Below the pieces are notes generated by a model. The model was not told the DNA's origin. It was given only the letters and a program-made list of their open reading frames with translations, and did not search any database. 64,000 nt of DNA, from positions 64,001 to 128,000 of the IMG/VR virus record IMGVR_UViG_2830161386_000001, one strand, 5' to 3'. The translations under genes were made by a program, and so were the position numbers. Shown in pieces: positions 50,301-58,722 of the stretch (positions within the stretch are counted from its first letter, which is position 1; each line of letters begins with the position of its first letter). The DNA comes from a virus. Lineage: Duplodnaviria; Caudoviricetes.

Positions 50301-53300
50301 CCCTTCTCGTCGAGAACGGCCCGAAGCGGGTCAAGCCCGCTTTCCAAGAAGTTTGAGTAGACGACCTGCCGTTTCGAGGAGTCGTCTACCGCCTCCGCAA
50401 TCTCTTGAACCTTGGGGGAGTCCTGCCCGGCCTCAAGATCGGAGGCGTCCTCGTCAAACGCGTTGATTGAAGTTGCCACCTGGCGCGGCCCGTTCAGAAA
50501 CTTCATCATCTTGCCCCGCTCGTCCTTGTCCGGCGGCAGGTTGCTCTGCACCTTCCACCGGAGGTGCATCGGAAGGTCTTTAAACATGTACCGGTACGCG
50601 TCTTTCTGGCGCTTAGACATCGGCACGCTGACCTCCTCTTCCTCGACGTCCGGGTAGTTTTCGTTGTCGCGGTCCGGCTCGTAGTAGTCGACGTACTGGC
50701 GGAGCGGCTTTCGGAGGCTCTCCTTGCCGGTCTCTAGCTTTTTCTTGATGCCGGGCGTGCCGCCGGTTACCCGGTAGGCCAGTCCGCTTAGGCCGCCTGG
50801 ATACTCCTCCTCTTCGCGGACGTACTTCGTCTCGAATCGGGACTTGGTCTCCGGCAAAAGGTTTTCTCCTGCCGAGATGTTGACCAGAGGAGAAATCTCG
50901 TGCGGGTGGTTGTATACCGGAGTTCCGGTCATAAGCAGGTTCTTTTCCGCCGGGGTCTCCCGGAGGCGCTTCTTAAACTTGCTGCCCGTCGAGCGGGCGC
51001 GGTGGGCCTCGTCAACCACCCGCATGTCGGTTTTCTCGTCTCGGGGGCCCTCCATCGTGGCCTTCGTGTGGCTTTTTGGCTGGGGCGTGCCGCCGGTAAT
51101 GCCTTCATCGGTGTGCTTTTCAACCTCCTTGCGGAAGTTTTCCCGAAGGGAGGCCGGCGTTAGCACCCGCAGCATCGAGTCGGGGTCTTCTTGCCGAACG
51201 TCTTCCAGCGCGCTAATTGCGGATAGCGTTTTCCCAGACCCCATGTCATGAGCAGCTACAAGACCTTCTTGATTTTGCAAACGGTCCCGTACTCTCTTTT
51301 GGTGGGGCCGAAGCTCCGTGTTCAGATCTGAGTTTTTTTTAATTGAAGACTGTTTGTCTATGGCTGGCCTTCCATAACGCTCATTTGCTACGGCCATTTC
51401 TTTCGTCAATCCAGTTTTGGCCTCACGCTTTTCTGTAAGGCCGGAGTTAAAATCCATTGGCGCTGCCCTGGCGGTTTTTTCACCTTGTTGCATTGCTTCG
51501 TTAGCTGCATACCCACTAGCGGCAAGAAGGCCAAGCCCGGCGCCTCCTTTCCCAACCCCCTTTGCAAACCGACCCGAGTTCTTCCTTGCGTATTCCATCA
51601 CCTCATCGACGCTCAAGGGGTTGTAACCATCGCTTCCTTTGATATACTTGGGGTCGATGCCATGATCAAATACCCGAGATTTTTCTAATTCACGAAACTC
51701 CGCCCGGTGCTGCATCTGTCGCCCGGGAATATCAGCAAGAGGGTCCGTTTTTTTCTTCTCCACCAGAAATTCGTCAAGATTCCCGCCAGTTTCTGGGTTC
51801 GTTACTTCATTAATTTCCTCTTTCCACGTTGGAACTGATATATCAACTCGTTCCCCCAATCCCATTCCCGGAACCTTAACGCGAAGCAGCCCAAGCGGGT
51901 CTTGCATAAGCTTCTTCGGACCACCTGCAACAGCTTGCTCCCCGTACATTTTTGCTTGTGCCTTTTCCGGGGTTGTATACGTTTTACCCTTCGACTCTTC
52001 AAATACACTGGGCCGCTGGAATTCTAACCCCCCAAGATTTGGCCCAGACCCTTGCGAGGGCCTGAGGCCCTCTTGCCGAATTGACGCTGCTGCCTCTGGA
52101 GTAGTACCGTGATAAAGGGTTTCTCGGCCCGTGATGTCAGGCTTGGCAGACTCAAAAGTCTTTTTGCTTCCATAAAGCCCTGCGGCTGAGAGCCCAGCAA
52201 GCTGCTTATCTTTATCTAAGCCAGCTTTATCACTCACAAGAAGACGCTCCGAATCTGCTGTCTTTTCCGACCCTTCAACCACGTCTTCAAGATCGTACCG
52301 GGCCGACTCGTCTGCGTCTTGGTCCTCTGGCCAGAGGTCTTTTATCGACCAGTGATTGGCCGAGTGCGGGTCGTCTTTCGTGGGGTTTCCGTCCCCGTCG
52401 GTAATGCCCTTCGCTCGGGCAAGATAGTTTTGCTTCGCGTCTTCGCTGTAGTTGTGCTTGTGGTCGGAGGAGCCGTAGTGAATGAGCTTCACGCGCTTCT
52501 CCCCGTCTACATCTTTTGAGGCGAGCACCGCCCGCTTCTTCCCGTCTCGCCAGGACTCAACCGGCTGGTCAACCGGCATCCAGCGGCCCCGATATTTTGC
52601 CTTGGTCGTCCCGTTTTCCTCTTCAGTCTCTAGGTCTTTTAGTTGCCGCGCTCCCTCTTTCAGAAATGCCTTGTCGCTAGCGGTTTTCTCGCTTTGCAGT
52701 CCCAGCTGGGATCCTATGGCTTGACCTGTTTCGTTCTGGGCCGATTCCTTTTGCATTCCAGGCTGGACTTGAGGCGAGACGCGGGCCCGGTTTGGGCTCA
52801 GGCGCTGGGACTGCGGCGCGAGCGGACCGGCGGGGTGCCCTACGTTTTGCGCCGCCCGCTCTACGCGGCGCTGCTCCCGGCGCTCCTGCGGAGACAGTTT
52901 GACGTTCGGCTGCGTAGCGCGGTAGCCGTAGTTTCCCGCCAGCCCGGCGCCGGCGGCAAGCCCCGCTCCTGCGAGCGTTTTCCCGTCTCGCTTTAGCGCC
53001 TCCCCCGCGTCGCTGATGCCACTAGAAATCGAGTCTCCCGCCTCCCGCATCGACTGGCGGAACTGAAAGCCCAGGTCGTTGTCGACCATTTTCTGCCCCG
53101 CCTCCATGCGCATGTCTCCAAAGAGGTCCTCCACGCGGCCAGTCGCCTCCTCTGCCGACATCGACTCGGTCGGCGGCGCGTCTCCCATCTCTTGTCGTTT
53201 TTTGAACTCGCTCAAGGCGTCTTCGAAGCTGGGCATGCTCACGTCATCGCCCATGCCAAAGAGCTTTTTGCCCTTATTTAGCGCCGCTCCAAATACACTC

Positions 53301-53911
53301 CCTTTCGCTTCTTTCAAGGCAGACGCCTCTTTACGGCCAAACTCCGACTCTTGGCCGGCGGCCATTTGCCGGCCGGAATCCGCCTCTTGTCGAGGCGTCA
53401 CCTGCGGGGCGGGTGAGCTGCTCTGCGAACGCTGCATTTGATAGGCACTCTGCCCGCCGCTCAATTGGCCGGGCGCAGCTCTTGGAGCCGTCCCCGTGTA
53501 CATGTCCTCGTCCTCATCGAGAAAGTTGCTAATTGCGCGCTGCCCGGCGTAGGTCGCCGCACCTGCGCCAAGGCCCATCCGGGCTGCCCGCCGGCCCACG
53601 CCGCCTTCGACAAAGGGACGTCCTATTGACTTTAGAAAATTAGGCACATCGGCGTTCTTAAGACGGTCTAGCGATTCGGTCTCAGGCGAGGGCTTGGCCG
53701 CCTCGATCCCGCCGAAAATAATGGCCGACCCGGTTGCCTCACCGATGTCCTTTTCCTGCCCCTTCGAGAGGCCCCCGGCAAAGTCCTTCCGCTCCTCGTC
53801 GGCAAACTCAAGAAGGGCATTCCCGCCTTGGCGTGGCGGCGCCTGCCCCATCGTAGGGCCTGGGTCGGCAGCGGGACGGCCAGAAGAAATGTCGTTTTGA
53901 TCAGTAGGCAC
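47393..53911 (-). CDS. Polyvalent protein (2172 aa): ART-like, SNF2 helicase, zincin metallopeptidase and Pol-beta-type nucleotidyltransferase domains
   Basis: LYHGT...IRQEGL (ART-like); HDMGSGKT, DEAH, MTGTP, GEGLDL, QVVARADR (SNF2/SF2); FLHELGH (HExxH); LHGS....DSDIDV (NTase). Confidence 0.8.
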   Translation of the reverse strand: MPTDQNDISSGRPAADPGPTMGQAPPRQGGNALLEFADEERKDFAGGLSKGQEKDIGEATGSAIIFGGIEAAKPSPETESLDRLKNADVPNFLKSIGRPFVEGGVGRRAARMGLGAGAATYAGQRAISNFLDEDEDMYTGTAPRAAPGQLSGGQSAYQMQRSQSSSPAPQVTPRQEADSGRQMAAGQESEFGRKEASALKEAKGSVFGAALNKGKKLFGMGDDVSMPSFEDALSEFKKRQEMGDAPPTESMSAEEATGRVEDLFGDMRMEAGQKMVDNDLGFQFRQSMREAGDSISSGISDAGEALKRDGKTLAGAGLAAGAGLAGNYGYRATQPNVKLSPQERREQRRVERAAQNVGHPAGPLAPQSQRLSPNRARVSPQVQPGMQKESAQNETGQAIGSQLGLQSEKTASDKAFLKEGARQLKDLETEEENGTTKAKYRGRWMPVDQPVESWRDGKKRAVLASKDVDGEKRVKLIHYGSSDHKHNYSEDAKQNYLARAKGITDGDGNPTKDDPHSANHWSIKDLWPEDQDADESARYDLEDVVEGSEKTADSERLLVSDKAGLDKDKQLAGLSAAGLYGSKKTFESAKPDITGRETLYHGTTPEAAASIRQEGLRPSQGSGPNLGGLEFQRPSVFEESKGKTYTTPEKAQAKMYGEQAVAGGPKKLMQDPLGLLRVKVPGMGLGERVDISVPTWKEEINEVTNPETGGNLDEFLVEKKKTDPLADIPGRQMQHRAEFRELEKSRVFDHGIDPKYIKGSDGYNPLSVDEVMEYARKNSGRFAKGVGKGGAGLGLLAASGYAANEAMQQGEKTARAAPMDFNSGLTEKREAKTGLTKEMAVANERYGRPAIDKQSSIKKNSDLNTELRPHQKRVRDRLQNQEGLVAAHDMGSGKTLSAISALEDVRQEDPDSMLRVLTPASLRENFRKEVEKHTDEGITGGTPQPKSHTKATMEGPRDEKTDMRVVDEAHRARSTGSKFKKRLRETPAEKNLLMTGTPVYNHPHEISPLVNISAGENLLPETKSRFETKYVREEEEYPGGLSGLAYRVTGGTPGIKKKLETGKESLRKPLRQYVDYYEPDRDNENYPDVEEEEVSVPMSKRQKDAYRYMFKDLPMHLRWKVQSNLPPDKDERGKMMKFLNGPRQVATSINAFDEDASDLEAGQDSPKVQEIAEAVDDSSKRQVVYSNFLESGLDPLRAVLDEKGVDYGEYTGSTSQSKREEDVRRFNEGELSTLVMSSAGGEGLDLDAVNEIHVMEPHWNEQKINQVVARADRYKSHEGLPEEERQVDVKRYVSELPEKSVSNAVRSVFGGDKTMTGSVEEYIQGLAKEKQELSDQLIKLLEEEAEKRKEEAEKEAAPQSQLGLNDLSLSGIDLGDDQLSEEETGLASGVGMAGGKATDAAGKRLPESDRAKLVTEKGLNSFEEVGGMRNIDDPTRAMNQYFESGSRTLREKEFRVPISGREVSGADMMSAINNPAMRNFSDQTGLPQTAERAHYDAFEKGPIFGHAQFYGESFDDPVEDTGKRLIGARMAAQNRAASGEDYMSALDEELKKGFKYNDVPDESIRSLSEKVEKAIQESGSSGGNVAEDAQHVVQEALGVSSDTDPSDLNGREAHLQNYLGKAQKMGYDVSSVEDLKSLAPEEQSKIMKGSGGAAHDVFQELSYHRMVEGTKGSAQSYDSVLRQPLKQVQSGLESVGRGLSRSGRAGMVGAPALAGGAYLAEKEGAVDDKNEGFSGSDSIEVDEAAGAAAGALGAGSLAMRGGHIYYDEAQKNLKNDLKREVRSRARHLERSAPDAPNIEAATDLARQEGFAGEVVKGKQDAFGISDSATGSITPDSESLRIMVSEPSNRAGFLHELGHFKNFKDFDGELEGFKETKKLKSDQAGVLQDLMGKNPDSSLVREERRAWDRAQNLANSRFGNGFTPEERELRKMYLQTYEVGQEAGRLGRNAQRMNKGSIRAALGAGGVALAGGAYQHLNESAKEKTAAPDTVMSAVSKLRDQVYGNLDLDKEELRDLARRAEEEAPDQDRLKDLFGEKVRLHGSMGLGINVPDDDSDIDVTIPTGSDEEYRSKIEEVREKFTDLESSPYNRFRDGVYVMSGTVDGDDMDVVVGHGPHVDERVESFDRANEELTPEDRGRIIGEKKRLKDAYVLAKPRYKQYKREVDNELDIPRL
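49823..49834. repeat. Palindrome copy 8 (polyprotein junction)
   Basis: taaTCCCAGCTGGGActga; translation EKEAAPQ-SQLGL; near a GC-content step. Confidence 0.9.
52700..52711. repeat. Palindrome copy 9 (polyprotein junction)
   Basis: gcagTCCCAGCTGGGAtcc; translation QKESA...G-SQLGL-QSEKTA. Confidence 0.9.
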
Positions 53912-54860
53912 GGCTGTCGGTGTCGTTTTCGGTACCTTCCTCGGGAAGAGAGTCCGGGGCGCTTGCCTCGGGCAGCTCCTCGGAAGGGGTGTCGTCAGCG
54001 TCTAGGACCTCGTCGTTTTCTGCTTGCAGGTCTTCGGGGGACACCTCCGTCGACTCCAAAGCGCGGTAGTCGTCAATGTCCTGGTCGATCTCGTCCCACA
54101 TATCCTCGAAAAACTCCCCCAGCTCAATTGCTTCCTCTTCGTTGGTGCCGATCTCTTGGGCCGCCTGCGTCACGATCATCGTCGTCCGCTGAAACGAAGC
54201 GATGTTCTTGTACCGCCGGGTATCTCCGATGCCGTCCTCCTGCATCAGCTCCCGGCTTAGCTGCTGAGAGAGCCGGGTGTTGATCATCGCCATGCGTTTC
54301 AGCTCCTTTCCGGCCTGAAAGCCCCGCACCGCCCCCCAGTCGACGCGGGCATCGGTCAAGCTGCGGCTTCCGGCAAGCACCGACCGAAGCGGGCCGCCGT
54401 CCCGAAAACAGGCACTCGCGTAGGTCTGCACTGCCTCCGGGTCCGCCCCCGAGAAGTTCCAGAAGAACGACGCGTAGTCCAGAACGTCCAGAAGCCCGAG
54501 CTGAATAACCTCGTCTCCAATCGACTGGTAGTCCCGCCACGCCCGCTCGACGGCGCCTTTCAGCCCGAAGCCCCGCTGGAAATAGAGAAGCAAAAACTCG
54601 TCGAGGGCCTCCCGAGAGCGGCTCCGCGGCAGCTCGACAAACGACTCGACCTGGCGGGAGAAGCTCCCGATGCCGATGGGCGTCTCAAGCTCCCCAGCTG
54701 AAAACTCCTCCCCGTCGGGCCGAAACCGGCTGGGCACCGAGCGGTCGCAGATCGCCCGGGCGTGACGAAGCGCCTCCTGGCGAAGTCGCTGACGGGTATT
54801 GGCCCGCCCCCGGCTCTGCTCGGCGGCATAGTATGGAAGGTGCCGGTAGGGCGTCCACAT
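53901..54860 (-). CDS. Hypothetical protein (319 aa, acidic tail)
   Basis: Operon-embedded ORF that overlaps the start of the next gene. No motif recognised. Confidence 0.6.
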   Translation of the reverse strand: MWTPYRHLPYYAAEQSRGRANTRQRLRQEALRHARAICDRSVPSRFRPDGEEFSAGELETPIGIGSFSRQVESFVELPRSRSREALDEFLLLYFQRGFGLKGAVERAWRDYQSIGDEVIQLGLLDVLDYASFFWNFSGADPEAVQTYASACFRDGGPLRSVLAGSRSLTDARVDWGAVRGFQAGKELKRMAMINTRLSQQLSRELMQEDGIGDTRRYKNIASFQRTTMIVTQAAQEIGTNEEEAIELGEFFEDMWDEIDQDIDDYRALESTEVSPEDLQAENDEVLDADDTPSEELPEASAPDSLPEEGTENDTDSRAY

Positions 54861-54906
54861 CAGCGGTGCGGCAGGTTGTTAAAGGGGCTTTTTACTGAAT
54901 GGGCTT

Positions 54907-56976
54907 TTACTGAACAGACTTCAGCTCCTTGAGGCCGTCGATCACGGAATCGAGCGCGGAGAGCGCCTCCTTGGCTACGTCTTCCTCGATGATGTCAACC
55001 GCCCCGGTCCGGATCCGGTAGAGAAGCTCCGCCACTGCTCGTTTCGAGGACTGAAGTTCGTCGGTCGCGTCGGTAAATTTGTCCGCGTTGTACTGGTTGA
55101 GCATGTTGACCGCGTTGAGCGAGTCTTGAAGCTCCTCGCCCCGCTCTTGCCCAGGGGCCTGAAGCTGCTGGCGGTCCTGCCGGCGCTTTTCTTGAGGAGA
55201 CTCCCGCGCCTGCTCCTGCTTGCGCCTTCGCTGGGCGGCCTCCTGCCGGGACCGCTGCGGGCGCCTCGGCATCATCGGGTGCTGGGGCGCGGGGCCGGCC
55301 TGGCGCATTGCCTGCGGAGCGCGGGCGGCAAGCCGGTTGATCGCCTGCCGGCCACGGGCCCACTTCTCGATCACGGAGGCAACCTTCTCCTGCGCCGCCG
55401 ACCCGTCCGGCTCGCTGCGCCGCCCGTCTTGGGCGTGGGGCTCCAGGCCCTCGACGCGCACGGAGCGCTGGCTGTCGGCGCTTGTGGCCTGCTTGACGGC
55501 CGTCTGGGCGGACTCCGGCGTGGCGCCGAGGCTCTCTAGCAAGCCGACCATGCGGGTCGGGCTCTCGGTCTGAGAGTAGTTTCCGTTCCGAATCTCCACC
55601 GCCCGGCCGGTCTTGGACAAAAAGTACTCTGGCCCCTCTCGGCTGGCCTCCTTCTCTTCGGTATCCGGCATCAGCTCCTCCGCCTCTACAAACTGAATCT
55701 CCTCCGGCACGATGTACCGGGAATTCCCCCGCGGGCTGTCGTCCTTCCCAAGCTGGCGGACCTTCGGCATTACCTCCGAAACCTGGAGGTACGTCCGGCC
55801 TTCCAGCCGCGACCGGAGCGCGAGAAGAAAGTCGTTGGACTCGTCTTGAATCCACTCCTCCGTATACACCGGGCCGCTAAGAGCGGGCGGCCCCTCCTCC
55901 TGCGGAATCACCAAAAAGCCCCGCGCCCCGACCGGGGCGTCCCGGACCGGAACCGACCCGGAGAGCGGGTCCCCGCTTGAGCTGGCAGTATCGGCCGGCG
56001 CGGTAATCGGCTGCATGTACCCGCCCTCGTCGCCGAGGAAGACGTGACCGGCCGCCATGCCGTCTGGATACGGCGACCGGAGGCGAACAAGGCGGTAGGC
56101 GGTTCCGACCGGCCCGCCGTCCCCAAGCCGGACCCGGTCCCCCGGCTCGAAGCGGTTGATCTCCCCGCCGTCCGAGCGGTCGATCACCATCGCCTTTTTG
56201 TCCAAGTCGCGCTTGCTTCGAATTGTCGTCCCGCTTTCCATCGCCTCCCGGGCCCATTTCGCGAGGCTCGACTCCGGGTCTTCGAACATCTCGTGGCGAC
56301 TTGCGGTGACGTCGACGGTCCGCTCCCCCTGCGAGAAGCCCGCCAGCTTAAAGCGATCCCCGTGAAGCGGAGACTCTTCGTGCTCGACGACCATCGTGTC
56401 CCACGTCCGGCCCGGCTGCCCGCTTGCCCGCTTTTGAATCCGGTCGAAGCTCTCGGCAAGAGCGGGAAAGTCCTCAGTCACGTGGGCCTTCATCCGCTCG
56501 CAGTCCTCCGAAAACGAGGAGGTGGAGGACACCTTCTGGATCATCCCGTCGCTTTTGATGGCCGTCCCGCCCCCGTACATCGGCTGCCCCGCATGCGGGC
56601 GGACGTCGCGCCCGACCTGAACCTCGCCCCGCTCGGGGTGCTGCATGCCAACCGACTCGTCGAGAAGGTCCATCTTCCCGTCGGGCCGGAGGTAAAGGTC
56701 GACCGGCTTGAGCTCAAAGTCGCGGACGACAATTGGGATCCGGATCGGCTGGTCCCCGACGCGGGCGGTCATAATGCCGACCGCATCGCCGGAGGTGTCG
56801 TCCACCGGCTCGACCGACCAGTCAATGTCGCCCTGAAGCCGGTCGGCTAGATACGGGTGCATGCGGAGCACCCGCTTCATGATTTCATCCGTCCATTTCG
56901 ACGGGTCGTTCGACAGGCGCATGCCCGCCTGCTTTTGGAAGATGTCGGAGGAGAGGCCTTCGATATTGCGGGGCAT
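54907..56976 (-). CDS. Large head-module protein of unknown function
   Basis: Likely start MPRNIEG at 56976. K-x-A motifs (QKQA, QKRA, DKKA, EKEA, EKVA), an R/Q/P-rich insert and a helical C-terminus. Confidence 0.6.
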   Translation of the reverse strand: MPRNIEGLSSDIFQKQAGMRLSNDPSKWTDEIMKRVLRMHPYLADRLQGDIDWSVEPVDDTSGDAVGIMTARVGDQPIRIPIVVRDFELKPVDLYLRPDGKMDLLDESVGMQHPERGEVQVGRDVRPHAGQPMYGGGTAIKSDGMIQKVSSTSSFSEDCERMKAHVTEDFPALAESFDRIQKRASGQPGRTWDTMVVEHEESPLHGDRFKLAGFSQGERTVDVTASRHEMFEDPESSLAKWAREAMESGTTIRSKRDLDKKAMVIDRSDGGEINRFEPGDRVRLGDGGPVGTAYRLVRLRSPYPDGMAAGHVFLGDEGGYMQPITAPADTASSSGDPLSGSVPVRDAPVGARGFLVIPQEEGPPALSGPVYTEEWIQDESNDFLLALRSRLEGRTYLQVSEVMPKVRQLGKDDSPRGNSRYIVPEEIQFVEAEELMPDTEEKEASREGPEYFLSKTGRAVEIRNGNYSQTESPTRMVGLLESLGATPESAQTAVKQATSADSQRSVRVEGLEPHAQDGRRSEPDGSAAQEKVASVIEKWARGRQAINRLAARAPQAMRQAGPAPQHPMMPRRPQRSRQEAAQRRRKQEQARESPQEKRRQDRQQLQAPGQERGEELQDSLNAVNMLNQYNADKFTDATDELQSSKRAVAELLYRIRTGAVDIIEEDVAKEALSALDSVIDGLKELKSVQ

Positions 56977-57114
56977 AACACAAAACGCGCAGATTTGCCG
57001 CAGACGTGCGGCTGGGGTGGACCATGCGTTTTGCAATATAGCCCCCGAAAAGCAGAGAGATGAAAAGCCCGGGACCCCGCTTGGAAACCTGTTCCATCCA
57101 GAGCCCCTCGGGCC

Positions 57115-57378
57115 TTACCCGTTCTCAATTTGACTTTCAAGCTCGTTGATGCGCCGCTCTTGCTCTTTGATTTTCTCCTGCCAGCTCTTTACGCCGTCAA
57201 ACGTCATGAGCACCGCGTAGGGCTCGTTGTTGCGCTGGACGATCACCCCGTCTCCTTCCTGGGCTGCATCGACCACGTCTTGAAAGCTGGTCCGGAGCTC
57301 GGTTACGCTTGCAACATCGGTAATGCCTTGGGTGCTATACATGGCAGTGAGGTGTTTTTCATAGCCGATTGGGCTCAT
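57115..57378 (-). CDS. Phd/YefM-family antitoxin-like DNA-binding protein (orphan)
   Basis: SVTELRTSFQDVVDAAQEGDGVIVQRNNEPYAVLMTFD is the classic Phd N-terminal pattern. No cognate toxin is recognisable next to it. Confidence 0.75.
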   Translation of the reverse strand: MSPIGYEKHLTAMYSTQGITDVASVTELRTSFQDVVDAAQEGDGVIVQRNNEPYAVLMTFDGVKSWQEKIKEQERRINELESQIENG

Positions 57379-57450
57379 TACATAAGATATTTTGCCGTAG
57401 AAACGCCAGATACATCTGCCCTATTTGGCCGGATTAACTGCATTTTTACG

Positions 57451-58530
57451 CTACCGGCAGTGCTCCCCGATCAGCTCCGGAAGGTTTAGAACCCACTCCT
57501 TGGCCGTCTGCGGGCAATCGTCCCCGAGCTGGTCCTCGAAAAACGCCTGGTACGGGCCCTCCGGCACGTTTTCCCGCCCGTATTCCCGGATCTCCTCGCG
57601 CTTGACAAGCTCCATGAGCGGCCCGGTTTTCATCGTGCGGGCCGTTTTCGGCCAGTCAAGCTGGCGGCGAATCACCGTTTGAAGCAGCTTCAAGCGCCTG
57701 CGGAGAAGGAAGTTTTGCTGCCGCCCTGGGGACCACTTTTCCAGCTCAGGCCCGGCCTTGATAAAGCGCTTGCGGGGGGACTCCTGCATGACCACGTCCA
57801 GGTCCCCGCGGGCAATCCCTCGGGTAATTGAAGACTGGTTTTGGTCTTTAAGGTCACTTACCTTCGCGATGCTAATCCACCCTTCCGGCGCCTCCTCGAC
57901 CGTCGGCCGGGACCGGGACGCGCCTTTCCCCCAACTCGGGTCCCCCTCCACGTCCAGGTGCGTCCAGTTGTAAAAGAGAAACTGAAAAATCGTTTTCCCC
58001 TTCCGGAGCAAGAGGCGGTAGTCTTTTAGGTTAATGTCGAAGGGGCTCCGGTCGTATCCGTGGCTGGACTCCTTCCGGCCGGAGGGCACGTCATTTCCGC
58101 CTTTGTGAAGCGCAAGGCGCCGCTCAAGGTTGCCCTGGTGGATGCGGACGTAATCTACGCGCTGCGCCTCAATCACGCCGGACTTCCAGGAGAGCCACTG
58201 CGACGGAGAGTCGATCACCTGAAGCACGCACTTTACGTCCCCCGGCTCCCGGCGCTCGAAGAGCTTCCGGGCCTCCTCGTCGCTTAGGTCCCCGCCTCGG
58301 GTCGCAACCTCTTCCTTCGGGAAGGTATCGGGGGCTTGCTTGGTGGCGGGGACGCCTCGGTCAAATACAGATTCATCGTCTTGAAACGGGGTCACGCGGC
58401 CGACGCGAGAGACCTGCTTCGGGCTAATCGCGCCGGAGTAGTCCATCGAGTGGTCCATGTCGGGGAGGGCTTGTTTGTGGGGCCCGTTGGCGGGCCGTTT
58501 GCTGAGAATGCATTTCAAATTTACGGGCAC
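57451..58530 (-). CDS. Hypothetical protein, possible HTH DNA-binding domain
   Basis: WISIAKVSDLKDQNQSSITRGIARGDL resembles an excisionase/MerR-like HTH. Start uncertain. Confidence 0.45.
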   Translation of the reverse strand: MPVNLKCILSKRPANGPHKQALPDMDHSMDYSGAISPKQVSRVGRVTPFQDDESVFDRGVPATKQAPDTFPKEEVATRGGDLSDEEARKLFERREPGDVKCVLQVIDSPSQWLSWKSGVIEAQRVDYVRIHQGNLERRLALHKGGNDVPSGRKESSHGYDRSPFDINLKDYRLLLRKGKTIFQFLFYNWTHLDVEGDPSWGKGASRSRPTVEEAPEGWISIAKVSDLKDQNQSSITRGIARGDLDVVMQESPRKRFIKAGPELEKWSPGRQQNFLLRRRLKLLQTVIRRQLDWPKTARTMKTGPLMELVKREEIREYGRENVPEGPYQAFFEDQLGDDCPQTAKEWVLNLPELIGEHCR

Positions 58531-58534
58531 TCCC

Positions 58535-58635
58535 GTAGTAAATACAAGCCATTTTTGATAATTGATTTCTAAGACTCAAGGCAAAAAATAAAAGCAGAGT
58601 AAAGTTATATAAAGAGCGTTTTAACAAAAAAAGAC
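58535..58635. promoter_or_regulatory. AT-rich intergenic region, likely promoter plus upstream terminator
   Basis: Conspicuously AT-rich stretch in a GC-rich genome, upstream of the 57-58.5-kb regulatory genes. Confidence 0.4.
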
Positions 58636-58722
58636 CCCACCCCGGCTCTCGCCTGGATGAGGCCTTCTCTTCTTCCAGTCAGTAGCACTTTTCCTGCCAG
58701 TATCGCCTTGCCCGCCGGGCCT

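Noticed and set aside
53901-56976. Calling these two ORFs terminase small subunit and portal
   Set aside because: Size and location are compatible, but I see no supporting motif. They are left as unknown pending HHpred.
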